Shown here piece by piece: positions 49,765 to 64,000 of a stretch of 64,000 bases of DNA (its first letter is position 1; each line of letters opens with the position of its first letter). The translations under genes were made by a program, and so were the position numbers. Source of the stretch: Eledone cirrhosa. Lineage: Eukaryota. The stretch is from assembly GCA_964016885.1 (NCBI GenBank), contig OZ024759.1, positions 12,710,001-12,774,000 of the forward strand. Direction: 5' to 3'. The notes beneath the pieces are model-generated. The model saw nothing but the letters and a program-made list of their open reading frames with translations, was not told the origin of the DNA and ran no database searches.

Positions 49765-50625
49765 ACCTGTTTTATATTTCTATGAGTTATCTCATATATA
49801 ACTCCAACCGCTCTCTCTGTTTATTTCTGAGTTATCTCGTATATAATTCCACCCCTTTCTCTGTTTATTTCGGAGTTGCCTCATATATAACTCAACCCCT
49901 CTCTGTTTATTTCTATGCGTTACCTCATATATAACTCCGCCCCCCCTCTCTGTTTATTTCTGAGTTACCTCATATATAACATTAGCCCCTCTCTCTGTTT
50001 ATTTCTGAGTTACCTCATATATAACATTAGCCCCTCTCTCTGTTTATTTCTGAGTTACCTCATATATAACACAACCCCCTCTCTGTTTATTTCTGAGTTA
50101 CCTCATATATAACACTACCCTCTCTCTCTCTCTTTATTTCTGAGTTACCTCGTATATAACTCCACCCCCTCTCTCTGTTTATTTCTATGTGTTACCTCGT
50201 AAATAACTTCACCCCTTTCTCTGTTTATTTCTGAGTTACCTCATATATAACTCCACCCCTCTCTCTGTTTATTTCTGGAACTTATCTCTTATATAACTCC
50301 ATGCTTTCTCTCTGAGTTACCTCATATATAATTCCTTGCCTCTCTGTTTATTTACTTTAGTTAATCAAACTATCTTGTTATTTTACCCCATCCACCCTAT
50401 TTCATTTCTCTGAGTTACTCCGTATATAATCCACCCTTCTTCTCTGTTTATTTCTCAGTTACCTCATATATAACTCCACGTCTCTTCTCTGTTTATTTCT
50501 TAGTTACCTCATATATAACTCCACCTTTCTCTGTATATTTCATTTCTATGAGTACCCTATGTATAAACCACCCCCTCTCTGAGTTACCTCAAATATAACT
50601 CCACCCCACTTCCTCTCTGTTTATT
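49765..50625. repeat. Degenerate ~55-bp minisatellite downstream of the stop codon
   Basis: ctctgtttatttctgagttacctcatatataactccacccc units. Confidence 0.85.
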
Positions 50626-51974
50626 TTAGTTAATGAAACCTTTTCTTTTTGGTTTTTATATTTTACATTTTTTTTTAGTTTAGCTAATTACAAAATTATA
50701 ATTAGTTCTAAGCTATATTAGACATTATCAGCTAGGACCCAAATTTTATTCTTATATTCTCCAATTCTTTTCCTTAATTGTCCCACTGTCTGTAATTTTC
50801 AGATCAGCTAGACTGAACTAGCCCTTAATTAAGCTAACGAAGTGGCAGAATTCGTTAGAATTCTTTGTGGTATTTGTTCTGACTCTCTGAGTTCAAATCC
50901 TGCCATGGTCAACTTTGGCTTTCAAGGTTGATAAAATAAAATACCAGTTTTGTACTGGTGGGGGTCAAGCCTTCCTCCCACGTCTCTCTTTCTCTCTCTC
51001 TCTCTCTCCCCTCTCACATCTTTCTCTCACATCTCCGTCTCTCTTTTATCTCTATCTCTCCCCCTCTCATTTCTCTCTCTCTCTCACCCCCCCCCCCAAC
51101 TTCTCTCTCTCTCCCTCCCTCCTCTCACTTCTCCCTCCCCCCTCTCACTTCTCCCTCTCCCTTCTCACTTCTCCCCCCCCCCCTCACTTCTCTCTCTCTT
51201 TGGAAGAAACCAGCTGCCTAAGATCAGACCTTGAATAGGATCTGCTCTGCTCTGCCAGACTTAACTGTAATGATGGCAACCCTACACCTCCATCAACAGT
51301 TAAGTGCCCATGCATACATTAACTAAGTGGCTTTAGGACACCATTCTTCCCCCATCCCCACCCCCCACCCTATAAAAAAAAAAAAGAAGAATATTTAGTT
51401 TTCTATATATCTCAGTTTAACCCCTGGTCACTAACACAACGCAATGTTTGCTTGCTGTAAATTTATTGTTTGGTAAACATCTTTTTATTATTGTTTGGTA
51501 AGGGTGGTGAGTTGCCAGTATCGGTAGAGTGTCGGACACCATGCTTTGCAGCATAGAGTTATGGCCCTTTATGATCTGAATTTAAATCCTGCCGAGGTTA
51601 ACTTTGCCTTTCATCCTTACGGGGTCGATAAAATAAAGTACCAGTCACGCACTGGAGTCAATTTAATCGACTTTCCCCTCCCCCCTAAATTACTGGCCTC
51701 GTGCCTATACTAGAAATCATTATTATCGTTTGGTAAACATCTTTTTATTATTATCGTTTGGTAAACATCTTTTTATTATTATTCTCAGCTGTTATTGTTA
51801 TTGTTTATTATTCTTTGTGATTGGAGAAGTGACTCCTGTTTTGTTTTTGTTGTTTTTGTTGTTTTTTATGTTTGTTTCTCCACTAAATGTCTTTACTTTC
51901 TTTCTCTCTAAATGTTGTTTTACAATGCTACAGTGATAATCTTAATTCAGCAGTTTGTTCTGGTTTTATTTGCT

Positions 51975-53278
51975 TATATATGTATATATAGAGACAGATA
52001 GATATATAGATATACATACATATATATATATATACATATATAGAGAGACAGATAGATAGATATACATACATATATAGAGAGAGACAGATAGATAGATATA
52101 CATATATATATAGAGAGAGAGAGATAGATAGATATACATACATATAGAGAGAGACAGATAGATATACATATATATATATATAGAGAGAGAGAGAGATAGA
52201 GATAGATAGATATACATACATATATATATATACATATAGAGAGAGACAGATAGATAGATATACATACATATATATATATATACATATAGAGAGAGACAGA
52301 TAGATGGATATACATACATATATATATATATACATATAGAGAGAGACAGATAGATGGATATACATATATATATATATACATATAGAGAGAGACAGATAGA
52401 TAGATATACATACATATATATATATATACATATAGAGAGAGACAGATAGATAGATATACATATATATATATACATACATATATATAGAGAGACAGATAGA
52501 TGGATATACATACATATATATATACATACATATAGAGAGAGACAGATAGATAGATATACATACATATATATATATATACATATAGAGAGAGACAGATAGA
52601 TGGATATACATACATATATATATATATACATATAGAGAGAGACAGATAGATGGATATACATATATATATATATACATATAGAGAGAGACAGATAGATAGA
52701 TATACATACATATATATATATATACATATAGAGAGAGACAGATAGATAGATATACATACATATATATAGAGAGACAGATAGATGGATATACATACATATA
52801 TATATACATACATATAGAGAGACAGATAGATATACATACATATATATATACATATATACATATATAGAGAGATATACAGATAGATATACATACATATATA
52901 TATACATACATATAGAGAGAGACAGATATACATACATATATATATACATATATATATAGAGAGACAGATAGATAGATATACATATATATATATATATATA
53001 TATACATACATATATATAGAGAGAGACAGATAGATAGATATACATACATATATATATATATATACATATATATATAGAGAGACAGATAGAGAGATATACA
53101 TACATATATATATACATATATAGAGAGAGACAGATAGATAGATATACATACATACATAGAGAGACAGATAGATAAATATACATACATATATATATACATA
53201 TATAGAGAGAGACAGATAGATATACATACATATATACATATAGAGAGAGACAGATAGTTAGATATACATACACACATT

Positions 53279-53329
<51 letters not shown>

Positions 53330-53365
53330 ATATGTATCTAGATGTGTGTGTGTGTGTGTACATTT

Positions 53366-53414
<49 letters not shown>

Positions 53415-53457
53415 GTGTGTATATGTATCTAGCTGTGTGTGTGTGTGTGTATACATT

Positions 53458-53496
<39 letters not shown>

Positions 53497-54262
53497 TAGA
53501 TATACATATATACACACACAGACACACACACACAGATATGCATATATACACACACACACACACACATGTGTGAGTGTGTATGAAATGTTACTAGTTCAGA
53601 CCAATGTCCAACTTGCTAGTGTATATTTAAGAAAAGTAGAGTGTGAATATTATTATATTACAGATGAAGTACTCAATACATTAAGTAGAGAGCTATGTGA
53701 TTATTTCAGTTATAAAACACTTCTACAACACTAGAATTGATACTAAAACAATGATGTATATACATATATATATATATAAATATATGTAGTTATATACATA
53801 TATATGTATGTATATATATATATGTATATATGTATGTATATATATATATGTATATATGTATGTATATATATATATATGTATATATGTATATATGTATGTA
53901 TACATATATATGTATGTATGTATATATACGTATATATGTATGTATATATGTACATGTATTTGTACCTGTATACATATATATATATATATATATATACATA
54001 CATATATATGTATGTATATACATGTACATGTACTATATACACACCTGTATACATATATATATATACATACATATATATGTATATATATATATGTACATGT
54101 ATTTGTACATATATACACACCTGTATACATATATATATATATATACATACATATGTATGTATATATATGTACATATATATATACCTGTATACATATATAT
54201 ATATACATACATATATATGTATATATATATTTACATGTATTTGTACATATATACACACCTGT

Positions 54263-54339
<77 letters not shown>

Positions 54340-54366
54340 CATCTCTTTATACATATATATTTATGT

Positions 54367-54427
<61 letters not shown>

Positions 54428-54456
54428 CATCTCTTTATACATATATATTTATATAT

Positions 54457-54502
<46 letters not shown>

Positions 54503-54864
54503 ATATTTATATATATACATACATTAGCTTTAAGAGTTTCAAGGTCAAGATTTGAAGAAAACTAAATATATAAAATGACCACCATCTTTCTAAGTGAACT
54601 TCCAAATGATTGTTAATTGGTAATTATTGTTAATTATTATTATTATTATTATTATAATGAAGAGTTAGGAGAGTAAATAGGTTCCTAGTTCAATCTGCTT
54701 TCATTCCTTTTGTTGTTGTTGTTGTACATAAAGTGTGATTTTATTAAACTCCATTGTCTCAGTGGATGTGTTGGCTTTCATTAATATTTTCATGCTTCAT
54801 GACAATGTGGAGAGTTCTCTAGTGACATAACAACTCACTATATATATGCATATGTGTATATATT

Positions 54865-54899
<35 letters not shown>

Positions 54900-55213
54900 G
54901 TATATATATATATAGGAACGATCGACTTTCGTCAAATCGGACCGAGGGAACAATGTTTCCGTTGGTCTTTCCAATTGCTAATACTATCTATCGGTCGCAA
55001 CTCCAGGTAGAAGGAGCAATGTGAAATAAAGTGTCTTGCTCAAGGACATAACGCATCGCCTGGTCCAGGAATCGAACTCACAACCTTACGATTGCGAATC
55101 CAATTCTCTAACCACTCAGCCACACGCCTTCACGCCACACGCCTGTATGTATATATATATGAATATGTGTATATATATGTATATATATATATATGAATAT
55201 GTGTATATATATG

Positions 55214-55251
<38 letters not shown>

Positions 55252-55377
55252 TGAATATGTGTATATATATGTATATATATATATATATGAATATGTGTGT
55301 ATATATGTATATATATATATATATATGAATATGTGTATATATATGTATATATATATATATATATGAATATGTGTATA

Positions 55378-55410
<33 letters not shown>

Positions 55411-55867
55411 GAATATGTGTATATATATGTATATATATATATATATATGAATATATGTATATATATATATATATATGAATATATGTATATATATATATAT
55501 ATGAATATGTGTATATATATATATATATGAATATGTGTATATATATATATATATATATATGAATATGTGTATATATATATATATGAATATGTGTATATAT
55601 ATGTATAGCGTGTTCTGTTATTAATTCTAGCAATATTACGCAAATATGACCCTCCCCAAGTATAACAATATATATATATATATATGCATATGTGTATATA
55701 TGCATATGCATATGTGTATATATGCATATGTGTATATATATATATGAATATGTGTATATATATATATGAATATGTGTATATATATATATGAATATGTGTA
55801 TATATATATATGCATATGTGTATATATATATATATGCATATGTGTATATATATATATATATATATGC

Positions 55868-55899
<32 letters not shown>

Positions 55900-55921
55900 G
55901 CATATGTGTATATATATATGC

Positions 55922-55963
<42 letters not shown>

Positions 55964-55983
55964 ACATATATATATATGTGTAC

Positions 55984-56016
<33 letters not shown>

Positions 56017-56160
56017 CACAGATATGCATATATATACAGATATGCATATATATACAGATATGCATATATATATACACATATGCATATATATATACACATT
56101 CATATATATATATACACATATGTATATATATATATATACACATGCATATATATATGTTCA
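51975..56160. repeat. Large (TA)/(GATA)/(CA)/(TATG) microsatellite field with short unique and SINE islands
   Basis: Low complexity; source of the many YI/CI-rich ORFs. Confidence 0.93.
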
Positions 56161-56384
56161 GTTAACATCCCTAACCACACGGCCATGTACATATATATAT
56201 TTATATATTGTGTATGTACACATAATGTATATACACAATTTGTTAAGGTATCAATACATATTTAATATATATTGGTGACCATGTTTTTTCAATAAAAATA
56301 AAAATAGCTCAATGGACGTTAGATGAGAGCATCAGATATTTAAATTTAAAAGATAAAGATGTAGAGAGAAAGAACCACCTTATC

Positions 56385-57115
56385 AGCTTCGTTTAACGTC
56401 CATCTTCCACGCTAGCATGGGTTAGACGGGAGTTGTCCCACTTGAGGCAAGGTTGGTCGGGTGACTGTGTCTTGCTCATATAGGACTGTCTGGCAGGTTT
56501 TCTACGGCTGGATGCCCTTCCTAACACCAACCACATTTACAGTGTGGAACTGGGAAGCTTTTTACCGTGTTACCTACACGGCCACATTACAGCGTGGACT
56601 GTGTGTTTTTTTGTCGTGACACCTATACGGCCACATTACAGCGTGGACTGTGTTTTTTTGTCGTGACACCTACACGGCCACATTACAGCGTGGACTGTGA
56701 GTGTTTTTGTCGTGACACCTACTCGGCCACATTACTGCGTAGACTGTGTTTTTTTGTTGTGACACCTACATGGCCACATTACAGCGTGGACTGTGTTTTT
56801 TTGTCGTGAGACCTACACGGCCACATTACAGCGTGGACTGTGAGTGTTTTTGTCGTGACACTTACACGGCCACATTACAGCGTGGACTGTGTGTTTTTTT
56901 TGTCGTGACACCTACACGGCCACATTACAGCGTGGACTGTGAGTATTTTTGTCGTGACACCTACACGACCACATTACAGCGTGGACTGTGTGTTTTTTTG
57001 TCGTGACACCTACACGGCCACATTACAGCGTGGACTGTGAGTGTTTTTGTCGTGACACCTACACGGCCACATTACAGCGTGGACTGTGAGTGTTTTTGTC
57101 GAGACACCTGCACGA
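56385..57115 (-). mobile_element. SINE family 1 variant with internal ~47-bp VNTR
   Basis: Reverse orientation of the structure at 19575-20245. Confidence 0.8.
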
Positions 57116-57460
57116 TCTCTATCTCATTATCTCATTTATTTGGACTGGATGTTGTGGGAGTGGGAGGATAGGGTAGGGGTAGTAGATTGGGGTATATATT
57201 TGGTTGTACATATATTTTCCTATATATTGACAAGATCCCAGACCTAGCGAGTGGGGTGGAGCTTATCATATTGGACCAAGGAAACAATGTTTCCATTGGT
57301 CTTTCCAAATACTAATACTAATACTATCTGTTGGCCACAAATCCAGACAGAAGGTCGATATATCTCTGTACAAAATACTGTGTATTTTTCAAATGATATA
57401 GGTGTCTTTCTCTCTACATATATTTTTTTAGTTTAAAAAATATATGTATAGATTTCAATG

Positions 57461-57694
57461 CAGTATCGGGATGAGGAGGGGGCCCCTGGGCTGTGGAGCC
57501 CCCAAGGCACTTAACCACACCCTTCCACCAGATGTTCGTCCAGAGTCCTTCAATACTGTTATGTATGTGTACACATACATAACAGTGTTGAAGTCAATGA
57601 CCATAAGGTCTCTGGAAGAACATCTGGTGAAAGGGTGTGGTCAAGTGTCTTCGGGCCCCCACAGCCCAGGGTCCCCCTCCTCATCCCGATACTG
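57461..57694. mobile_element. GC-rich palindromic element (MITE/fold-back-like), 234 bp
   Basis: Arms of about 85 bp, CAGTATCGGGATGAGGAGGGGG / CCCCCTCCTCATCCCGATACTG; inner 46-bp palindrome. Confidence 0.7.
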
Positions 57695-57777
57695 TGGTGA
57701 AACCTGTCCATGGTTTGTTGTTGGAATGTCCCGGAAGGAGATTAGCTCTTGTAGTCAAAAAGCTACAAGGATCGACT

Positions 57778-60700
57778 GAAAAGTTTATAGGCTGACCAAG
57801 ATACTCTCATGGAATGACCAAATGAGGTTTATTTTTCAACATAGTCCCTGGAAAGAAACAATGCAGAATTGACATTAATGCCTGCAAGATTTCACAGCTC
57901 TAGCATCACTCCATAGTCAGCCTATGACCAAGATACTCTCATGGAATGACCAAATGCGGTTTATTTTTCAACATAGTCCCTGGAAAGAAACAATGCAGAA
58001 TTGACATTAATGCCTGCAAGATTTCACAGCTCTAGCATCACTCCATAGTCAGCCTATGACCAAGATACTCTCATGGAATGACCAAATGAGGTTTATTTTT
58101 CAACATAGTCCCTGGAAAGAAACAATGCAGAATTGACATTAATGCCTGCAAGATTTCACAGCTCTAGCATCACTCCATAGTCAGCCTATGACCAAGATAC
58201 TCTCATGGAATGACCAAATGAGGTTTATTTTTCAACATAGTCCCTGGAAAGAAACAATGCAGAATTGACATTAATGCCTGCAAGATTTCACAGCTCTAGC
58301 ATCACTCCATAGTCAGCCTATGACCAAGATACTCTCATGGAATGACCAAATGCGGTTTATTTTTCAACATAGTCCCTGGAAAGAAACAATGCAGAATTGA
58401 CATTAATGCCTGCAAGATTTCACAGCTCTAGCATCACTCCATAGCCAGCCTATGACCAAGATATTCTCGTGGAATGACCAAATGAGGTTTATTTTTCAAC
58501 ATAGTCCCTGGAAAGAAACAATGAAGAATTGACATTAATGCCTGCAAGATTTCACAGCTCTAGCATCACTCCATAGTCAGCCTATGACCAAGATACTCTC
58601 GTGGAATGACCAAATGAGGTTTATTTTTCAACATAGTCCCTGGAAAGAAACAATGCAGAATTGACATTAATGCCTGCAAGATTTCACAGCTCTAGCATCA
58701 CTCCATAGTCAGCCTATGACCAAGATACTCTCATGGAATGACCAAATGAGGTTTATTTTTCAACATAGTCCCTGGAAAGAAACAATGCAGAATTGACATT
58801 AATGCCTGCAAGATTTCACAGCTCTAGCATCACTCCATAGTCAGCCTATGACCAAGATACTCTCGTGGAATGACCAAATGAGATTTATTTTTCAACATAG
58901 TCCCTGGAAAGAAACAATGAAGAATTGACATTAATGCCTGCAAGATTTCACAGCTCTAGCATCACTCCATAGTCAGCCTATGACCAAGATACTCTCATGG
59001 AATGACCAAATGAGGTTTATTTTTCAACATGTCCCAGGAAAGAAACAATGCAGAATTGACATTAATGCCTGCAAGATTTCACAGCTCTAGCATCACTCCA
59101 TAGTCAGCCTATGACCAAGATACTGTCGTGGAATGACCAAATGAGGTTTATTTTTCAACATAGTCCCTGGAAAGAAACAATGCAGAATTGACATTAATGC
59201 CTGCAAGATTTCACAGCTCTAGCATCACTCCATAGTCAGCCTATGACCAAGATACTCTCGTGGAATGACCAAATGAGGTTTATTTTTCAACATAGTCCCT
59301 GGAAAGAAACAATGCAGAATTGACATTAATGCCTGCAAGATTTCACAGCTCTAGCATCACTCCATAGTCAGCCTATGACCAAGATACTCTCATGGAATGA
59401 CCAAATGAGGTTTATTTTTCAACATAGTCCCTGGAAAGAAACAATGAAGAATTGACATTAATGCCTGCAAGATTTCACAGCTCTAGCATCACTCCATAGT
59501 CAGCCTATGACCAAGATACTCTCATGGAATGACCAAATGCGGTTTATTTTTCAACATAGTCCCTGGAAAGAAACAATGCAGAATTGACATTAATGCCTGC
59601 AAGATTTCACAGCTCTAGCATCACTCCATAGCCAGCCTATGACCAAGATATTCTCGTGGAATGACCAAATGAGGTTTATTTTTCAACATAGTCCCTGGAA
59701 AGAAACAATGCAGAATTGACATTAATGCCTGCAAGATTTCACAGCTCTAGCATCACTCCATAGTCAGCCTATGACCAAGATACTCTCATGGAATGACCAA
59801 ATGCGGTTTATTTTTCAACATAGTCCCTGGAAAGAAACAATGCAGAATTGACATTAATGCCTGCAAGATTTCACAGCTCTAGCATCACTCCATAGTCAGC
59901 CTATGACCAAGATACTCTCATGGAATGACCAAATGAGGTTTATTTTTCAACATAGTCCCTGGAAAGAAACAATGCAGAATTGACATTAATGCCTGCAAGA
60001 TTTCACAGCTCTAGCATCACTCCATAGTCAGCCTATGACCAAGATACTCTCATGGAATGACCAAATGAGGTTTATTTTTCAACATAGTCCCTGGAAAGAA
60101 ACAATGCAGAATTGACATTAATGCCTGCAAGATTTCACAGCTCTAGCATCACTCCATAGTCAGCCTATGACCAAGATACTCTCATGGAATGACCAAATGC
60201 GGTTTATTTTTCAACATAGTCCCTGGAAAGAAACAATGAAGAATTGACATTAATGCCTGCAAGATTTCACAGCTCTAGCATCACTCCATAGTCAGCCTAT
60301 GACCAAATGAGGTTTATTTTTCAACATAGTCCCAGGAAAGAAACAATGCAGAATTGACATTAATGCCTGCAAGATTTCACAGCTCTAGCATCACTCCATA
60401 GCCAACCTATGACCAAGATATTCTCGTGGAATGACCAAATGAGGTTTATTTTTCAACATAGTCCCTGGAAAGAAACAATGCAGAATTGACGTTAATGCCT
60501 GCAAGATTTCACAGCTCTAGCATCACTCCATAGTCAGCCTATGACCAAGATACTCTCATGGAATGACCAAATGAGGTTTATTTTTCAACATAGTCCCTGG
60601 AAAGAAACAATGAAGAATTGACATTAATGCCTGCAAGATTTCACAGCTCTAGCATCACTCCATAGTCAGCCTATGACCAAGATACTGTCGTGGAATGACC

Positions 60701-61480
60701 AAATGAGGTTTATTTTTCAACATAGTCCCTGGAAAGAAACAATGCAGAATTGACATTAATGCCTGCAAGATTTCACAGCTCTAGCATCACTCCATAGTCA
60801 GCCTATGACCAAGATACTCTCATGGAATGACCAAATGAGGTTTATTTTTCAACATAGTCCCTGGAAAGAAACAATGAAGAATTGACATTAATGCCTGCAA
60901 GATTTCACAGCTCTAGCATCACTCCATAGTCAGCCTATGACCAAGATACTGTCGTGGAATGACCAAATGAGGTTTATTTTTCAACATAGTCCCTGGAAAG
61001 AAACAATGCAGAATTGACATTAATGCCTGCAAGATTTCACAGCTCTAGCATCACTCCATAGTCAGCCTATGACCAAGATACTCTCATGGAATGACCAAAT
61101 GAGGTTTATTTTTCAACATAGTCCCTGGAAAGAAACAATGCAGAATTGACATTAATGCCTGCAAGATTTCACAGCTCTAGCATCACTCCATAGTCAGCCT
61201 ATGACCAAGATACTCTCATGGAATGACCAAATGAGGTTTATTTTTCAACATAGTCCCTGGAAAGAAACAATGAAGAATTGACATTAATGCCTGCAAGATT
61301 TCACAGCTCTAGCATCACTCCATAGTCAGCCTATGACCAAGATACTGTCGTGGAATGACCAAATGAGGTTTATTTTTCAACATAGTCCCTGGAAAGAAAC
61401 AATGCAGTTATTAATAAGAAGAGCTGAAATTAATGCCTGCAAGATTTCACAGCTCTAGCATCACTCCATAGTCAGCCTAT
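57778..61480. repeat. 132-bp satellite, about 28 units, mariner-derived
   Basis: Period 132 (57794, 57926, 58058); shares tgaccaaatgaggtttatttttcaacatagtc with the mariner at 63146-63176. Confidence 0.95.
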
Positions 61481-61489
61481 GATAATAAT

Positions 61490-62690
61490 GGGTAATACAG
61501 TCAACTACATCAATGACTCTAATTTGGAGAGTGGAGGTTTTGAGGAGCATTAAACTACATCTTAATTGCTGTTGTCCACCCTCACCTGAGATGGTGTAAG
61601 GTTGTAATGATTGGTGACCTTAATGCTAGGGTAGGTAAAGACCATGAAACATGGTGGTGGTCATTGTAACAGACTTTTGTTACATATGTGGAGAAGGTGT
61701 GTATAACTAACACTATCATCCAGCAAAAGGATAAGTTTAAAAGCACAGGATCTAAACAGTGGCATTTGTTGGATTCTTGTGCAGAAGTGAGATGTTTTGA
61801 TGTCGGTTTCCTGCAAGAGGCTGAGTGTTTAACTCTATTATATTTTCATGGTAAAGGTTTTATCTCACGTAATATGGAATCTACGAGATTTTGATGATGA
61901 TATTTATTTTGAGAACAATTCCATAACCCTTTAGCATTTAAACTGGCCAGAATTCTCTCACTTCTTTCTCTTCAAACCAGCCACAACTGGCTGCTCATAC
62001 TGACATTAAGGTATTGTTCTCAAAATGAATAATATCAAAATCTCAAAGCTTCGATATTATGTGAGGTAAAGCCTTTACCACAAAAATACAATAGTATATA
62101 TAGAGTAATGTAAATGTTATGTGAGGTAAAGCCTTTACCACAAAAATACAATAGTATATATAGAGTAATGTAAATGCTAAAGCACTAATGTCAATATGAG
62201 TGGCTGCTTTGAACAGAAAGTGGTGAGATAATTCTGGCCAGTTTAAAGATATTTTTAACATGGGTGAGGGGTGTTTTCTGTTGAATCTAGACAACATCTG
62301 ATTGATGTTTTTTGAGAAGGTTTACACTACCTTGGGGCTGACAATAATTCTCAAGAACCTGGTGAGTCTGTGCCTGGATAGCAGAAAGTCTGATATTTAT
62401 GGAACAGGCCTTGGGGGGTAGTAGAAAAGTTTGTTTACTGTTAACAGGTCTTGTAACTTGGATGACGAAGGGAATCACAGGATTCAGAAAGCAAGTCATA
62501 CTTTTGGCGAGCTTGAGGTGTGTCTATGGCCCCAACATAGGACCTCACTGCAGTGTACAATGAAAGTATTTCCACATCAATACTGTACACTTGTGAGATA
62601 TGGTTAATTTACAGACATAACTAGAAACAACTTAAAAGTTTTCAGCAAATGAGTCCCAGAAAGATTGTTGGAATTAAATGGATATACGAG
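61490..62690 (+). mobile_element. Highly decayed RTE (BovB-like) LINE interrupted by MITEs
   Basis: Endonuclease-like IGDLNARVGKDHETW and CITNT..GSKQWHLLD; C-terminal RIQKASHTFGEL...LYTCEIW...GIKW. Confidence 0.7.
61830..62250. mobile_element. piggyBac-type MITE (+) with a second copy (-; 61927-62182) inserted into it
   Basis: Inner copy sits at the position of the internal TTAA seen in intact copies. Confidence 0.75.
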
Positions 62691-63070
62691 GTAAGTAACC
62701 TGTCTACTTTATCACCTGGTAACTCGTTCAGTGAGCTACATTTAAATAAAAAACAAATTAAATCTTAAACATATTGTTATTGGTTACCCAGACAAAAATT
62801 TCTAAAAGAAATTTATTTCATCATCATCATCATCATCGTCATCAACGTTTTTACAACTGTTTTCCCACACTTGCATGGGTCCTTCTTAGCACAGAATATT
62901 TCCACTCGTTGCATTCCTTCATCATCTCCTTTGTGGGTTTCAGCAATTTGAAATTAGCTCTCACCACATTTGCTCAGGTCTTCCTCTTCTACAGCTTCCT
63001 ACCACTGGGATCTCCTGGCATTTCTTTACCCAGCTACTATCATCCATACCAATGCTTGTCTCTCTTTTTC

Positions 63071-63104
<34 letters not shown>

Positions 63105-63105
<1 letters not shown>

Positions 63106-64000
63106 TCAGAAGAGGGTTAGTGACTGAGATACTCCCAGAGAATCTGACCAAATGAGGTTTATTTTTCAACATAGTCTGTCTTGCAGTGCTTGGATCCAAT
63201 TGATGAAGATTTCATTCTGCTGGTAAAAACAGTCAACAGCAGATATGTCATCACCATCATCATCACTGTGATACTGGTTCCCAGCCAAGTTTTTTTTTTT
63301 TTTTTCGTGTTGGGGAACAGATGGGGCCAAATGAGGAGAATAGGGAGGGTGATCAACCAGTTGAAAGCAACTGTCAGGCACAGTAACCATTGAAACCAAC
63401 GGCCTGTATGCTGGATGATGAAACAACCCCTTTTGCCAGTTTTCCTGGCTGTTAGGTCTTGATAGCCTTTCATAACTGCCTCAGCAACAGCACTCTCCAT
63501 TGATGGTGTGGCCCTTTTGAAGATAGTCAATATACACAATGCCAAAAACTGAAGCCATCACCAATGCAGATGAAACAACCTTGGCCATTTTGGGAACAGG
63601 TGAGGAGGAGTGTTTCCACTGCATGAATTGTGTCTGAACACTGGGTTAGGAAACGAACTGGATCTGCCTCAGATAATGTCAGATTTTCCTGTGATGTGAT
63701 TAGCCTGGTGTGCTTTTGATCAGGGATCAGGGAAACATGACACCCACCAAGCAGAAGAACTTTGTCATGCCAAGCTTGTTATGCAGGATATTCTCAACCC
63801 TCACAGGATATGCTAATAGCATTGGCTATCTTTTGCACTGTTGATAAAGCTGGAGGATCATCCCCTAATGTCTTTGGGGGCTAATCCTGTTTTCTGCAGG
63901 TACCTGATAACACCACAATGTCAAATTTTGTTCATTTTCAAGAGAGATCGCTACTAGTTACGTTTGAAGTCTTAGAAGAGTCGGATGTCAGTTTACCTGG
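63105..64000 (-). pseudogene. Decayed mariner (Tc1/mariner) transposase
   Basis: Minus-strand pieces AKVVSSA..MASVF, YIDYLQKGHTINGE, VDHPPYSPHLAP (YSPDLAP motif), LAGNQYHSDDD, IQALQ, DYVEK*; many frameshifts; 5' extent uncertain. Confidence 0.88.

Noticed and set aside
51928-56278. Long YI/CI-rich ORFs (also 29468-30296)
   Set aside because: Translations of (TA)n-type microsatellites
57620-57660. CTGGTGA...CGGG as a hammerhead variant
   Set aside because: Both core segments deviate and no stem I/III could be built

Overview
Eukaryotic, repeat-rich genomic DNA, most likely from an octopod cephalopod (inferred from the SINE, RTE and MITE families and the microsatellite load). The only clear host gene is a + strand TOLLIP (Toll-interacting protein) orthologue. 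Six GT-AG coding exons (19337-19507, 21673-21806, 22575-22623, 23877-24029, 47375-47480, 48860-49065) splice in frame to about 272 aa with Tom1-binding, C2 and CUE regions; the short first coding exon was not found. Almost all other ORFs in the track are repeat artefacts. The rest comprises tRNA-derived SINEs, RTE/CR1/Tx1-like LINE fragments, hAT and piggyBac-type MITEs, a decayed mariner, and about a dozen tandem arrays, several visibly amplified from transposon pieces. Three observations stand out: (1) type-I hammerhead ribozyme motifs in TOLLIP introns, repeatedly arranged as divergent inverted pairs forming long fold-backs; (2) a 23-bp minisatellite whose junctions are kappaB-like sites, upstream of this NF-kB pathway regulator; (3) a 10-kb intronic 50-bp satellite carrying a TGACGTGG (UPRE/ATF) motif in most units. 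All motif and fold calls were made by eye, and functional interpretations are hypotheses.
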